This document shows, piece by piece, positions 1 through 9,955 of a DNA stretch of 32,000 nucleotides. The position numbers and the translations under genes were made by a program. Numbering within the stretch: the first letter of the stretch is position 1; each line of letters opens with the position of its first letter. Location of the stretch: positions 1-32,000 of the forward strand of contig JAUWKS010000019.1 in assembly GCA_030614005.1 (NCBI GenBank), read 5' to 3'. Under the pieces are notes generated by a model. It saw only the letters and a program-made list of their open reading frames with translations. It ran no database searches and was not told the DNA's origin. The DNA comes from Candidatus Heimdallarchaeota archaeon (GTDB lineage: Archaea; Asgardarchaeota; Heimdallarchaeia; JABLTI01).

Positions 1-126
1 AGAGACCATCTTATGACCTATTGGTGGATGCCTACGTGGCCCGCGATGATGATATTCATTACCATCTTCGGATTCAACCTTATGGGAGATGCACTACGAG
101 ACGCATTAGATCCAAAACTAAAATAA
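1..126 (+). CDS. 3' end of an oligopeptide/dipeptide ABC transporter permease (DppC/OppC family), partial
   Basis: Frame 1 reads [41 protein letters not shown]. [14 protein letters not shown] is the typical DppC/OppC C-terminus. Confidence 0.9.
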   Translation, partial: RDHLMTYWWMPTWPAMMIFITIFGFNLMGDALRDALDPKLK

Positions 127-285
127 TAGAGTATTGTAACAACGAATAGACTCAATAATTTGAGCTATTCTTCCTTTTTTTTAATGATTATTTCTTTAGT
201 AGAAGCAATTAATTTATATCCAAGCTATTTTTGTTCTAAATCATTAATTAATTAATAATAGATTATCACTAAGAAGGTATTACAT

Positions 286-1911
286 TTGGCTGAAGAATTT
301 GATTTTGGAGATGACTCCGACGAAGTCATTGGACGAGGTACTTGGATCGATAAAATAGCATTAAATGTTATTGAACGTAAAGATAACCTCAAAGGTAAAC
401 ATCCTGAACTTGTACGTACAGAAAGCGGATTAGGTGCTTCTGGTTTCCCACACATTGGATCCTTTGCAGATGCGTCTCGTGCTTATGGATTTAAATTAGC
501 ATTAGAAGATCTTGGCCGTAAATCAGAATTTATTGCTTTTGCTGATGATATGGATGGTTTACGTAAAGTACCTGTCGGTACGCCTCCAGAACTAGAAGAA
601 CATCTTGGTAAACCTGTTTCTCAAATACCTGATCCTTGGGGTTGTCATGACAGTTACGGACAACATATGTCATCTTTACTTATTGATTCCATTAAAGAAG
701 CAGGTATTGAAGTAAATCCACAATCAGCTCGCAATCTTTATAGCTCTGGTATGATGGCACCACAAGTGAAAAAAGTGTTGTCAAACGCTAAACGTGCTGG
801 AGAAATCATTAAAGAAACAACAGGTCAAGAAAAATATATTCAAGTTCTGCCATATCATGCAGTTTGTGAGAAATGTAAAAAAATCTACACAACAAAAGCA
901 ATTTCCTTTGATGCAAAAAAAGGCAAAGTTGAATATAAATGTGTAGGCGATGAAATTCGAGGCAAAAAACTTGAGGGCTGTGGTCATCATGGTTGGGCAG
1001 ATATTTCTAAAGATGATGGAAAATTGACTTGGAAAGTAGAATTTGCTGCTCGTTGGGATCTTTTACAAATTGACTTTGAAGCATTTGGTAAAGATATCTT
1101 CGAATCAGTCACTTGTAATGATACTATTAGTAGTGAAATTTTTGGTTACGAACCACCAACTCATGCCAGATATGAAATGTTCTTAGATAAAGGCGGCTCT
1201 AAGATCTCCAAATCTACTGGAAATGTTTTCACTCCACAAACATGGTTCAAGTATGGGTCAACTCGATCTTTAGCATTATTAACATACAAGAGAATGACCG
1301 GAAGTAGAACTTTATCTGTAGAAGATATTCCCGTTTATATGAAAGAAGTGGATTTTCTTGAGAATGTTTACTTTAAAAGAATAAAAGAACCAAATGCAGC
1401 TAAAAAAAGAAAACTCAATGGCCTGTTTGAATATTGCTGTCATCTCAAACCACCTGAAAAATCATCACTTCAAATTCCATACAGCTTGTTGGTAAATTTG
1501 GTCTCAGTTGCACCAAAAATATCTCGAGATGAATTTCTAGAAACTAGGTTACAAGAATACGGATACTTACGAGAAGGTTCAACAATTGAAGATGTAAGAG
1601 ATAGAATTACTTTTGCTACAAACTGGGTAAATGATTTCAAGTCTATTAAAAAGAAGAAAATTAAACTCAATAAAGAGCAAAAAGCAGCAATAAAAGCTTT
1701 GATTGAAAATATTGAGGGTTTGGATGATGCAGATTCAATTCAAAGCACTATCTTTGAAACTGCAAGAGCAAGTGAAATTAAACCTCGAGATTTCTTCAAG
1801 CTTCTTTACCAGATACTCTTAAACACAGACCGCGGCCCAAAAATTGGACCATATATTCACACCATTGGTATTAAGCACGTAATAGCTTCTCTTAAGAAGA
1901 ACTTGAAATAG
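286..1911 (+). CDS. lysS: Class I lysyl-tRNA synthetase
   Basis: GLGASGFPHIGS (HIGH-like) and KISKS (KMSKS-like) motifs, LTWKVEFAARW, Cys pairs, and C-terminal GPKIG anticodon-binding region. TTG start. Confidence 0.97.
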   Translation: MAEEFDFGDDSDEVIGRGTWIDKIALNVIERKDNLKGKHPELVRTESGLGASGFPHIGSFADASRAYGFKLALEDLGRKSEFIAFADDMDGLRKVPVGTPPELEEHLGKPVSQIPDPWGCHDSYGQHMSSLLIDSIKEAGIEVNPQSARNLYSSGMMAPQVKKVLSNAKRAGEIIKETTGQEKYIQVLPYHAVCEKCKKIYTTKAISFDAKKGKVEYKCVGDEIRGKKLEGCGHHGWADISKDDGKLTWKVEFAARWDLLQIDFEAFGKDIFESVTCNDTISSEIFGYEPPTHARYEMFLDKGGSKISKSTGNVFTPQTWFKYGSTRSLALLTYKRMTGSRTLSVEDIPVYMKEVDFLENVYFKRIKEPNAAKKRKLNGLFEYCCHLKPPEKSSLQIPYSLLVNLVSVAPKISRDEFLETRLQEYGYLREGSTIEDVRDRITFATNWVNDFKSIKKKKIKLNKEQKAAIKALIENIEGLDDADSIQSTIFETARASEIKPRDFFKLLYQILLNTDRGPKIGPYIHTIGIKHVIASLKKNLK

Positions 1912-1923
1912 AAATATTCTAAG

Positions 1924-1947
1924 CTGTTGTCCTTTCAACAGTTTTTT
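1924..1947 (+). terminator. Hairpin plus T-tract after lysS
   Basis: CTGTTG-TCCTTT-CAACAG followed by TTTTTT. Confidence 0.5.
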
Positions 1948-2001
1948 CTTTCTAATAGATTTATAACTTTGAAGACTCTAATATTATTTGAGGAAAGCTT
2001 A

Positions 2002-2356
2002 ATGAGTTATGATCACATTCTTGGCAAAAAAGCAATGACTAAGGATTCTATATATATTAGGAAAAGTTGTTCGAATCGAACAAATGATGGGAAAAACAGT
2101 TAAGAAAAACAAACCTTTTGCGATTATTAGAGTGAGTCGTTTGTTTAAGAAGAAAGTTATGGTACCAATAGATTTGGATAAGTTTCTGGAATTAAAAGAG
2201 GATATTGCTCGCTTCGATATTTCTCACCTCGAATTTGATAAAGAAATGAAAAGGATTCAAAGAAGAACAATTGCAAGAGAAAGATACAGCGAATATCCTC
2301 AATCTTCTGCAAGAGTGAATACTGGTGTAAGAATTCCGAGAAAAAGAGGAGACTAG
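2002..2356 (+). pseudogene. PRC-barrel-like protein split by a frameshift near 2049-2057 (ORF track shows only 2084-2356)
   Basis: ATG 2002 (after GAGGAAAG) gives MSYDHILGKKAMTKDSIY. The +1 frame continues LGKVVRIEQMMGK...FAIIRV...VMVPID. Joined, this matches the PRC-barrel pattern LGKxVxTxDGxxLGKVxxI. Confidence 0.6.
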
Positions 2357-3336
2357 ATTATCTTTTGTGGATGTTTGCCATTTGAAAGGATAACTACTTT
2401 ACTTTCTTCCATTTCGAAAATTTGTTTATATTCAGGTAATTCTTCTCGAATAGCATCTGTAAAAGGTTGAATATCTTCGATATAAGGCATATTATCTCGA
2501 GATACCCGATATTGCGAAAATCCTACAGGAACAAATCCCTTAACCTCTATGAAGGTAGGATTTGCTTTTCTTATTAATGGTACATAATCTTTCGGTCGAA
2601 TCATATTGATTTTCTTTGCTACAGTTAACCTTGTTACTGTTCGACAGGTCATTTTTGACATTATTTCCAAGCTTCGATTAATCCGTTCCCAACCATCAAC
2701 AATTAATGGTCTGCAAGTTTTTTTGTAGTCAGCTTTACTGGGAGCAGGAATCGTTGTGTATAATTGAGTTGGATAAATATTAGTGTCAATCATCTTCTGA
2801 TATACTTCAGGACTGGTTCCATTAGAGACAACGAATGTTGTTAATCCTTTTTCTTTTAATAAAGTGAGTAATTCTAAGAGATAAGGATAGAGCGTAGGTT
2901 CTCCGGCCAAACTTAATGCAACATGTTTTGGAGTAGCTGCTTCCTCGAATTTCTCTTTCGAAACAACTGGTTTGTAGCCAGAAATACATCTTTTCCATCC
3001 CCACAATAATCCTTTATAGACTTCTTCCGGAGTATCAAAATCAGATTCTTCCGCTTTCCAAGTTGGTTTTAATCCAATATCTTTTTCCATTAATCGCCAA
3101 CAAAATAAACATTGATGATTACAGAGCAATGTTGGTGTTGCTTGTATACATCGATGACTCTCAATTCCATATGCTGATTTATAGCAATAACGATCTTCTT
3201 TCAGATAGTTGTGTGTCCAAAGGCATTTCTTTACTGCTACTTGTTTTCCGTATAATTGATACCCTTGTTTAGCAAGTCGTTTCCTTATTTCTATATTAAT
3301 GACAGAATCCGGATTACTTTTTTCAAGAGACATCAT
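2353..3336 (-). CDS. taw1: 4-demethylwyosine synthase (radical SAM, Taw1/Tyw1)
   Basis: VKKCLWT, YGIESHRCIQATP, CNHQCLFCWR (CxxxCxxC), ALSLAGEPTLYP, FIEVKG. Confidence 0.95.
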   Translation of the reverse strand: MMSLEKSNPDSVINIEIRKRLAKQGYQLYGKQVAVKKCLWTHNYLKEDRYCYKSAYGIESHRCIQATPTLLCNHQCLFCWRLMEKDIGLKPTWKAEESDFDTPEEVYKGLLWGWKRCISGYKPVVSKEKFEEAATPKHVALSLAGEPTLYPYLLELLTLLKEKGLTTFVVSNGTSPEVYQKMIDTNIYPTQLYTTIPAPSKADYKKTCRPLIVDGWERINRSLEIMSKMTCRTVTRLTVAKKINMIRPKDYVPLIRKANPTFIEVKGFVPVGFSQYRVSRDNMPYIEDIQPFTDAIREELPEYKQIFEMEESKVVILSNGKHPQKII

Positions 3337-3362
3337 TTCACCGCAAAAACATTTTCGTTAGT

Positions 3363-3938
3363 TTATGGTTTTTTCCAAACAAAACCATAATACTTGATTT
3401 CATTATTAGAAAGAATTGTTGCTATAACATATTTTTTCCTAACAGATGTTGCGAGTCTTCCAGCACGCACAAGTTCAATTGCAGTTAGTTTTGTTCCTCT
3501 TGATCTAGCGGTAATAACGTAAGGAGAATGATCAAGTCCTGGTCCTTTATGATAGACAGCAAAATCTGCACCAAACTTTAAACCCGGTCTGGGTATCAAT
3601 CCTCGTCGTCGAATATCCTCATAAATAAGCATTTTTTCTTCAAATAACTCAATTTTAGATTTGCTAATTCTAAACAGTTCTTTGTAAGTAAATTCTTGTG
3701 ATTTATCACTATTAATAACACGAATTCTTTTTGCTTTCAGCAAATAACAAGCTTCAAGAAGAGAGAGCTCAACAGGACGATCAAATTCATCTCCTTGTGG
3801 CTTTCGAATGCCCACAGGTTTGCCAAAAAAACCAGAATTATACATCTTTGCTCCTTGAGAATGATTCCAAATCATCACCCTATCATCAATTAGTTCTGTG
3901 ATAATTGCTCGCGGTTTTTTGGAATCTGAGGAATTCAC
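3363..3938 (-). CDS. endA: tRNA splicing endonuclease, catalytic subunit
   Basis: LSLLEACYLL and PGLKFGADFAVY...PGLDHS...RLATSVRKK carry the Tyr/His/Lys triad. GTG 3938 is preferred over 4082 because the upstream extension looks non-native; the start is uncertain. Confidence 0.92.
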   Translation of the reverse strand: MNSSDSKKPRAIITELIDDRVMIWNHSQGAKMYNSGFFGKPVGIRKPQGDEFDRPVELSLLEACYLLKAKRIRVINSDKSQEFTYKELFRISKSKIELFEEKMLIYEDIRRRGLIPRPGLKFGADFAVYHKGPGLDHSPYVITARSRGTKLTAIELVRAGRLATSVRKKYVIATILSNNEIKYYGFVWKKP

Positions 3939-4082
3939 GTGGTACCAAATCCAATTGCTTTTTGAATAAACTAGATAATTTTTCTTCAACTGAAAATTAT
4001 TCTTGATAGTCTTATACTTTTTCATTGCTAAAGCCAATTCTGAGTAAATTAGCCAATAGATTAAGAAAAATTGCAATAGCAA

Positions 4083-4850
4083 TTATCTTGACATTGCATA
4101 AATGCGAATATTTGAAGAACTATCACGAACTGCATCAATCATATTTTCAATACGATCAACGGTTTCTCTTAGCATCACGTCAGTTCCCTTAGGAGCTTCT
4201 AATCTAGCTAGTTCAATAATGATAGCTCTGTAATTTGCATCAGCTTTGTTCTCTATAACTTCAATTTTTTCAGCTATCACGATAACACTATCTAGACTTT
4301 GGTAGAGTGCTCTAATAAGATCAATTAATGATTTTGTTGATGAAATCATTCTTTTGGAGAGCTCTTGAAGATTCGAAGTAATATTTTCAGGTGGAATCCA
4401 TTCGCCGTCAATTTGTTGCAAGAAGAATGCTGCTCCTTGTGCAAGATCAATAATTTGATCGATATTTTTGCTAATTTTTGTTAAATCTTGTCTAAATAAT
4501 AAGGAAGGACCTGCATCAGCAATTTCTTTTACTGCGCTCTTTTTCATTCCATTTGCTTTTGCTTCTAATTGATCCAACTTTTTGAAATTTCTATTGAATT
4601 CTTCACGACCAGTTGTTTTACAACAATCTAAGAGAGTAGCTAATACTTTGGAGCCGTCGTGAACTATACGTGCGTGGTCTAATATTATATCAAGCACTTT
4701 TTTTTCTACGTTATTTCCGTTGCGTTGTTGATAAGTCATTTTTAATACATCCTTAGCTGATATATCTGAGCGTTGTTTATTTCTTGCTAGAATTCGATAG
4801 GACTTTGTTTTTAACCTTTTAGGTATTCTTTGTTTATTCAAATTTGACAA
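4083..4850 (-). CDS. DUF47/PhoU-like phosphate transport regulator
   Basis: Two helical repeats: LEAKANGMKK...DL..I...IDQIID and IENKADANYR...IE..ID. Start uncertain (ATG 4739 is possible). Confidence 0.8.
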   Translation of the reverse strand: MSNLNKQRIPKRLKTKSYRILARNKQRSDISAKDVLKMTYQQRNGNNVEKKVLDIILDHARIVHDGSKVLATLLDCCKTTGREEFNRNFKKLDQLEAKANGMKKSAVKEIADAGPSLLFRQDLTKISKNIDQIIDLAQGAAFFLQQIDGEWIPPENITSNLQELSKRMISSTKSLIDLIRALYQSLDSVIVIAEKIEVIENKADANYRAIIIELARLEAPKGTDVMLRETVDRIENMIDAVRDSSSNIRIYAMSR

Positions 4851-4973
4851 AAAAAATATGCAAGTAATATCAGTAATTTTAAGATAGAACCGTTTTAAAC
4901 AAACTAGATGAACTTATATAAGACAATTGATAGAATATTTCCAAGTTCGTGTGAATTCATTAAGTGATCTCGA

Positions 4974-6182
4974 ATGTTTACTGGTACTTTTACTGATTTG
5001 GCGGAAATTGCTTCAAAAAAATATGATAAAACTGCAAGAGCAGAGCTTGAAAAGCAGCTTAGCTTTTTCTCGAAGAAATATTCGAAAGAATATATTAAAC
5101 AACTTGGGTTACCACAAGTACTAATGTTTCTCTCCGCAGCTACTGCGAAAAGTAATGCACATAAAAACATCGAATCAGAAGATGTTGTAGAAGCTTTCGC
5201 ATTTTTGCGTTTTCTAATTTCACGAGACTTTGTTGAGGAAATAATGCTCAAAGGTAATTTTAATCTTGGCCTACCTTTAAGTGAAAATCTGAAAAACAGA
5301 TTGAAAAATCTCCTAAATGTAAAGGGTGATATGAGAACAAAAAATAATCTTAATGGGAAGGTTAACCGTTTAGTCTCTTTTCTAAAAGAACAGAAATTGG
5401 ATCATAAACATATAACACGAATAGAAATAGAAATGCGTGCAATGATTCTCTTATTGGCTAGATTAATTGCAGTTAGTAAAGCAAAACCTGAATTCAAAGT
5501 TTCAAGTGAAGCAATTGATACAAGTTATGATATTGTTCGTCATCTGATCTTTAAATTAGACACTACAATGTTCAAAATTTTAAACAACTTATATTCAATA
5601 GATGACCAAAAAGTTTGGAACAAAATACCTCGGATTGTATTTGAACAGTCAACTCATGACCATCTAAGTAGCACTGCGTATGCAGAGTGGGAAAGCAATT
5701 TACCGGAATCATTTGAATCAGTGAAAAAGCATTTGAATTGTTCAATACGACCATTTATCTCAGCAATTCACGGTTTCTGTGAAATCTATGGTGCAAAAAA
5801 AGACCTTACTCGAGTGAGCTCTCAAGAATTGCTCTTTATTTTAGAAGATTTTGAACGTTTCATTTTCGGAAATAGTAATCCATTACTAATTGAAGATTAC
5901 ATAAATAAAATTTCATTCACTCCGGAAAGTCTAGAATTATTGGCAAGCATATCGAAATGGGTTACATCAATTATAGTGAATAAATTTGGCAAGGATGAAT
6001 TTGTGATGAATTTTTCATCAACAGTTCCACGACAAATTTCATTACTATTCTTTATCGCATTAGTTGAACAAGTAAAAGCTTCAGAGCAAAAAATAACAGT
6101 TAAACATGTAGCAACAGCAATTGCTAAATGGACAAGTCAACTAAAAGTTCTTAAAACTTTAACAAGGGACTCATTGCCCTAG
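4974..6182 (+). CDS. Hypothetical helical protein with four lid-like repeats
   Basis: 402-aa open frame with no P-loop. Repeated ends of the form LxxAxAx..xVxxEDVxxA (see findings). Confidence 0.8.
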   Translation: MFTGTFTDLAEIASKKYDKTARAELEKQLSFFSKKYSKEYIKQLGLPQVLMFLSAATAKSNAHKNIESEDVVEAFAFLRFLISRDFVEEIMLKGNFNLGLPLSENLKNRLKNLLNVKGDMRTKNNLNGKVNRLVSFLKEQKLDHKHITRIEIEMRAMILLLARLIAVSKAKPEFKVSSEAIDTSYDIVRHLIFKLDTTMFKILNNLYSIDDQKVWNKIPRIVFEQSTHDHLSSTAYAEWESNLPESFESVKKHLNCSIRPFISAIHGFCEIYGAKKDLTRVSSQELLFILEDFERFIFGNSNPLLIEDYINKISFTPESLELLASISKWVTSIIVNKFGKDEFVMNFSSTVPRQISLLFFIALVEQVKASEQKITVKHVATAIAKWTSQLKVLKTLTRDSLP

Positions 6183-6201
6183 AACTTTGGATTGTCTTAC
6201 A

Positions 6202-7050
6202 ATGGTTAGAATTTCGATTATTGGTATAACTCACATAGATCTGGAGAGTCATGAAAAAGTAACTCAATTCCTAAAGAAGGAAAAACCAGATGCGGTTTGC
6301 TTGGAACTTGATCAAATCCGTTTAGAAATGTTGCAAGAAAATCAGCAAGTATTTTCTAGAGATTTCATGGATAGAGACACTAGTGATACGATTGAGAATA
6401 ATGAAAGAAAAATTGAATCCTCAGATAATTTGAGGAAAGATGATCTGTCGGAACCTTTTGAGTACTCTGGTTTGTTGGAAGATATCGGTCTTTTTGAAAG
6501 TAAATTAGCTGGAATAATCCAAACTGAACAACCTGGGCAAGAAATGCTAGTTGCATATCAAGTTGCCAAAGAAATTGGTGCAGAGATATTTCTTATAGAC
6601 AAATCAATAAATGATATTAGTAGATACATGGAAGAAGAAGTCTCCAAAGAAGAAGGAGAAAAATTCCAAGATATGATAGACGATCTTCTCTTCGAACAAC
6701 GGATTGTAGTAAAACCAATAGATAGTGAGAATAAAGAAAAAAATAGCCAATCTTTACTCGAGGGATTAAACAATTTAGATGAAAATGAAGATATCAATCT
6801 AAATGAAGTTATTGAAATTTTCAAAGATGAAGATTCATTAGGAGAAATTTTATCAATCTTTAATCAGAATTTTCCAAAATTGTATTCGATTCTTCTAGAA
6901 GATAGAAACAGCTATATGATCAAGCAAATAATAGAAATTTCACAGAAATTCAAAAGAATAGCTGTCGTAGTTGGATATGGACACGTAAAAGAAGTTGTCG
7001 AAGGCTTAAAAGAAATTGAAGGAGATTTTGAAATCAAAATCATCAAATAA
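6202..7050 (+). CDS. TraB/PrgY (TIKI-like) family protein
   Basis: IIGITH, PDAVCLELD, PGQEM, IFLIDK, LLEDRNSYM, VVVGYGHV. ATG 6202 is preferred over TTG 6187. Confidence 0.9.
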   Translation: MVRISIIGITHIDLESHEKVTQFLKKEKPDAVCLELDQIRLEMLQENQQVFSRDFMDRDTSDTIENNERKIESSDNLRKDDLSEPFEYSGLLEDIGLFESKLAGIIQTEQPGQEMLVAYQVAKEIGAEIFLIDKSINDISRYMEEEVSKEEGEKFQDMIDDLLFEQRIVVKPIDSENKEKNSQSLLEGLNNLDENEDINLNEVIEIFKDEDSLGEILSIFNQNFPKLYSILLEDRNSYMIKQIIEISQKFKRIAVVVGYGHVKEVVEGLKEIEGDFEIKIIK

Positions 7051-7065
7051 CGATTTCAAAGTTTC

Positions 7066-7845
7066 TCATCGAATAACTCTATCCTCTACTTGAAAATCTT
7101 CGCCACCTTGCCAAATCAATTGTAGTTTCCCATAAAGAGTATCTATGTTGTAGTTTTCTTTGGCACTAATTGCAAAAGTTTCTGGGAATAATTGCAAATC
7201 ATCAATTGTTCGAGCAAGTTTGAGAGCCATTTCTCTCGGTTCTCCTTGAACACTATTATTTAAAGCGTCTTCAAGTAGATAGATATCTTCTATCCAAGTT
7301 TGTAATTCTTCTTCTTTTTCATGAGTGAGTAAATCACTCTTGGTGATAATATTCAATTGAGGGAAAAAGAATCTCATTTGAACACTTAAGGAAAGAATCA
7401 TGGAATTAACTAAACCATAAGCTGTTTTACATAAATTAGCATCCATAAGATATACTAATGCATTTTTTTCCCCGCCAAATTGGGTTGCTGCAAGAACACC
7501 TGTTGGACGAAAAGCGAATAATTCCATTTGCCCAGGTGTATCAATTAACAAAATATCTGGAGAAAGTTCATTTATTTCCTGAATGATTTCCCCTGATTGT
7601 GCAGTGATCAAATCAACTGCAGCAACTAAACCACCATTTGGCCCTAACTCAAATTCAGTCATTATTTCATCAATACTAATAGAATCTCTTACATCAATAT
7701 CGGGTGCATAAGGCAAATGTAATACTCCGGGGTCAAGGTTAAGAGTTCTAACATCGATTTCATTTGTTTGTAAATAGTGAACCAAAGTTGCTGTTAGAAA
7801 ACTTTTGCCAGAACCAGCAGTACCAACAAGAAATGCAGTGTACAT
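7066..7845 (-). CDS. GPN-loop GTPase
   Basis: GTAGSGKS, NLDPG, GPNGG, DTPGQMELF, TKSD, ISA. Confidence 0.95.
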   Translation of the reverse strand: MYTAFLVGTAGSGKSFLTATLVHYLQTNEIDVRTLNLDPGVLHLPYAPDIDVRDSISIDEIMTEFELGPNGGLVAAVDLITAQSGEIIQEINELSPDILLIDTPGQMELFAFRPTGVLAATQFGGEKNALVYLMDANLCKTAYGLVNSMILSLSVQMRFFFPQLNIITKSDLLTHEKEEELQTWIEDIYLLEDALNNSVQGEPREMALKLARTIDDLQLFPETFAISAKENYNIDTLYGKLQLIWQGGEDFQVEDRVIR

Positions 7846-7877
7846 TTTTTTTTCTCCTTTATTTCTTCCATTTTTTT

Positions 7878-8726
7878 TTAATTACTTATTTTATCATTAT
7901 TTTGAAGAGTTATTTTTGGTTTTCTATCTGAGGTACCCTTCATAGTTTTAATAATCTTTACTATTTCCTCTTCTGCTTTGTTCAAATTAACGCTTTCTTC
8001 TTCTGAACAAAGAGAAGTTATGTGGATTTCCACTTCAATCATTCCTTTAGCACTCGCTCTTGAACTATGAGGATGAGTTTTGACATAAATCGTTGTGTAC
8101 TTTTCACGTATTTCACTAATAGCTTTCGCTAATTCACTTTCAGGAATATGATTTACTACTATTGATCGTTCAAAGAATTGTTTGGTTGGATCGAGATTAA
8201 AATATTTAACGATTTCATAATCGAAAATAGCTTTCATTTCACTTGGAACACCAGGGACAGAAAAAATTTGAGTGTCATTTTCCTTTACGATAACACCAGG
8301 AGCAGATCCAGCACGATTTTTTAGCACTGAAGCACCTTTTGGAACCATAGCCATCCCTAGCCTTTCTTCTGTTAATTCCAAATCCAATCCCCTTTCTTTC
8401 TGAAGTTTGTCCAGTCGTTCTTTAATAAATTCCACAGCTTGTTCGTTTAATTCTAATTCCCTATTTAGAGCTTTAGCAATTGCAGCAAGAGCCATATCAT
8501 CAAAAGTGGGTCCGAGACCACCTGTTGTTATAATCACATTTGGTTTTCGTTTTAATGCTTCCCGAACAACTCCAGCCATTTCTTCAAGTTCATCACTAAT
8601 AGTAGTTACTCTTTGCAATTCTGCTCCAAGCATAACTAGCCTTTTTCCTAACCAATTTGCATTCGTGTTAATTGTTTTTCCAATAAGCAATTCATTGCCA
8701 AAACAGATTATTTCAACAGTAATCAT
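7878..8726 (-). CDS. CinA-like molybdopterin-binding-domain protein
   Basis: GNELLIGKTINTNANWL, TTGGLGPTFDD, GSAPG, PGVPSEM. ATG 8726 follows AAGGT. Confidence 0.9.
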   Translation of the reverse strand: MITVEIICFGNELLIGKTINTNANWLGKRLVMLGAELQRVTTISDELEEMAGVVREALKRKPNVIITTGGLGPTFDDMALAAIAKALNRELELNEQAVEFIKERLDKLQKERGLDLELTEERLGMAMVPKGASVLKNRAGSAPGVIVKENDTQIFSVPGVPSEMKAIFDYEIVKYFNLDPTKQFFERSIVVNHIPESELAKAISEIREKYTTIYVKTHPHSSRASAKGMIEVEIHITSLCSEEESVNLNKAEEEIVKIIKTMKGTSDRKPKITLQNNDKISN

Positions 8727-8771
8727 ATTGTTACCTTCTTTAGATAATGAACTATTTTTATGTATGTTCAA

Positions 8772-9836
8772 TCAAATTACCACAACATCGGCAACCATTT
8801 GCCATTGCCTTGGTGCGCTCATCCTTACTTTACGAACTTCAAGCACAGAATCGATCTTTCTACCATTTTTTTCTATTTCCCGAGAAATGTCTTCTACAAT
8901 AGTTTTCTCCGGATTTTCTCCACCAACAAATTCGAAGAAGTGAATAATTCCGCCTTCTTTTTTCAAGGTTTTACAAGCAACATCTACAAAATCAACAGCA
9001 TACCCAGGAAGATTCATAATTATCCTGTCTGCAACATTCTCAAGATTATGCTCATCAACAACTTTTCGACAATCTCCACAATGAGGAGTTATTGTTCCAA
9101 GTAATTTGTTTAACGTGATATTTTCTTTAAGTAATGCTATAGCACCAGGGTTAATGTCAATCGCATGAATTTGAGCATCAACTTTTTTGGCAATCGGTAT
9201 TGCAAAAGGGCCAATGCCACAAAACAAATCAACAATTGTTTCATTATCTTTGGATCTATTAGCTATCCTTGAATGTTCCTCGCTTAATCTAGGACTGAAA
9301 TAAGCTTGAGTTATATCTACTACTAACCTTACACCATGTTCTTTGTAAATGGTTTTTGTTTTCTTTTCTCCAGCAAGAAATTCTACTGGACGAATTCTAT
9401 TTATCCCATCTACTTTTCCAGCTTTTGCATAAACTGTTTTAATACTAGAATGAGCAGTGAGTAGAGCATTACCAATAATTTCTTTTTTATCTGCTAATTC
9501 CTCTGGGACTTCAATTACAACAATGTCCCCAATTGTATCAAAACTTCGTGGAGTTAATTCCATTTCCTTTTCGGAAAAAAATTCTTGCAAAACATCAAGG
9601 TGTGATTTTGGAGTAAATTTAGTTGGAAGCAAAGTATCACTAAAAGATTGTTCTATTGTTGAATCAATTTTAGAGAGAGAAGTTAATTCTTTTTTTGTCA
9701 ATTCTCTATTTACAGGGAGAATTAAATGCGTTTCTTCTGCTTTAATTCTAAATAACCCATTAAGTAAATCTCTTCTGTCTAGCTCTTCTCTAATTAATTC
9801 ACCATATTTCTTTAGAGTAATTAGACAGTGTGGCAT
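8772..9836 (-). CDS. trm5: tRNA (guanine37-N1)-methyltransferase, Trm5 family
   Basis: SFDTIGDI, YFSPRL, DLFCGIGPFAI, AIDINP, RIIMNLP. The NLP motif favours the Trm5b/c type (from recall). Confidence 0.9.
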   Translation of the reverse strand: MPHCLITLKKYGELIREELDRRDLLNGLFRIKAEETHLILPVNRELTKKELTSLSKIDSTIEQSFSDTLLPTKFTPKSHLDVLQEFFSEKEMELTPRSFDTIGDIVVIEVPEELADKKEIIGNALLTAHSSIKTVYAKAGKVDGINRIRPVEFLAGEKKTKTIYKEHGVRLVVDITQAYFSPRLSEEHSRIANRSKDNETIVDLFCGIGPFAIPIAKKVDAQIHAIDINPGAIALLKENITLNKLLGTITPHCGDCRKVVDEHNLENVADRIIMNLPGYAVDFVDVACKTLKKEGGIIHFFEFVGGENPEKTIVEDISREIEKNGRKIDSVLEVRKVRMSAPRQWQMVADVVVI

Positions 9837-9955
9837 ACTTATCAACTTACAATATTTATCAATAAATAATATTCAACAATAAAAGAATACTTCGACGTCG
9901 ATTAAACATCATTAAATTTCTTTAGGTTATAACGATTTAATAAAAAAAAGAGAAT

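Noticed and set aside
3939-4082. Hydrophobic N-terminal extension on EndA suggesting a membrane-anchored endonuclease
   Set aside because: It depends on an upstream TTG. The sequence is AT-rich and promoter-like, and GTG 3938 gives a normal-length subunit.
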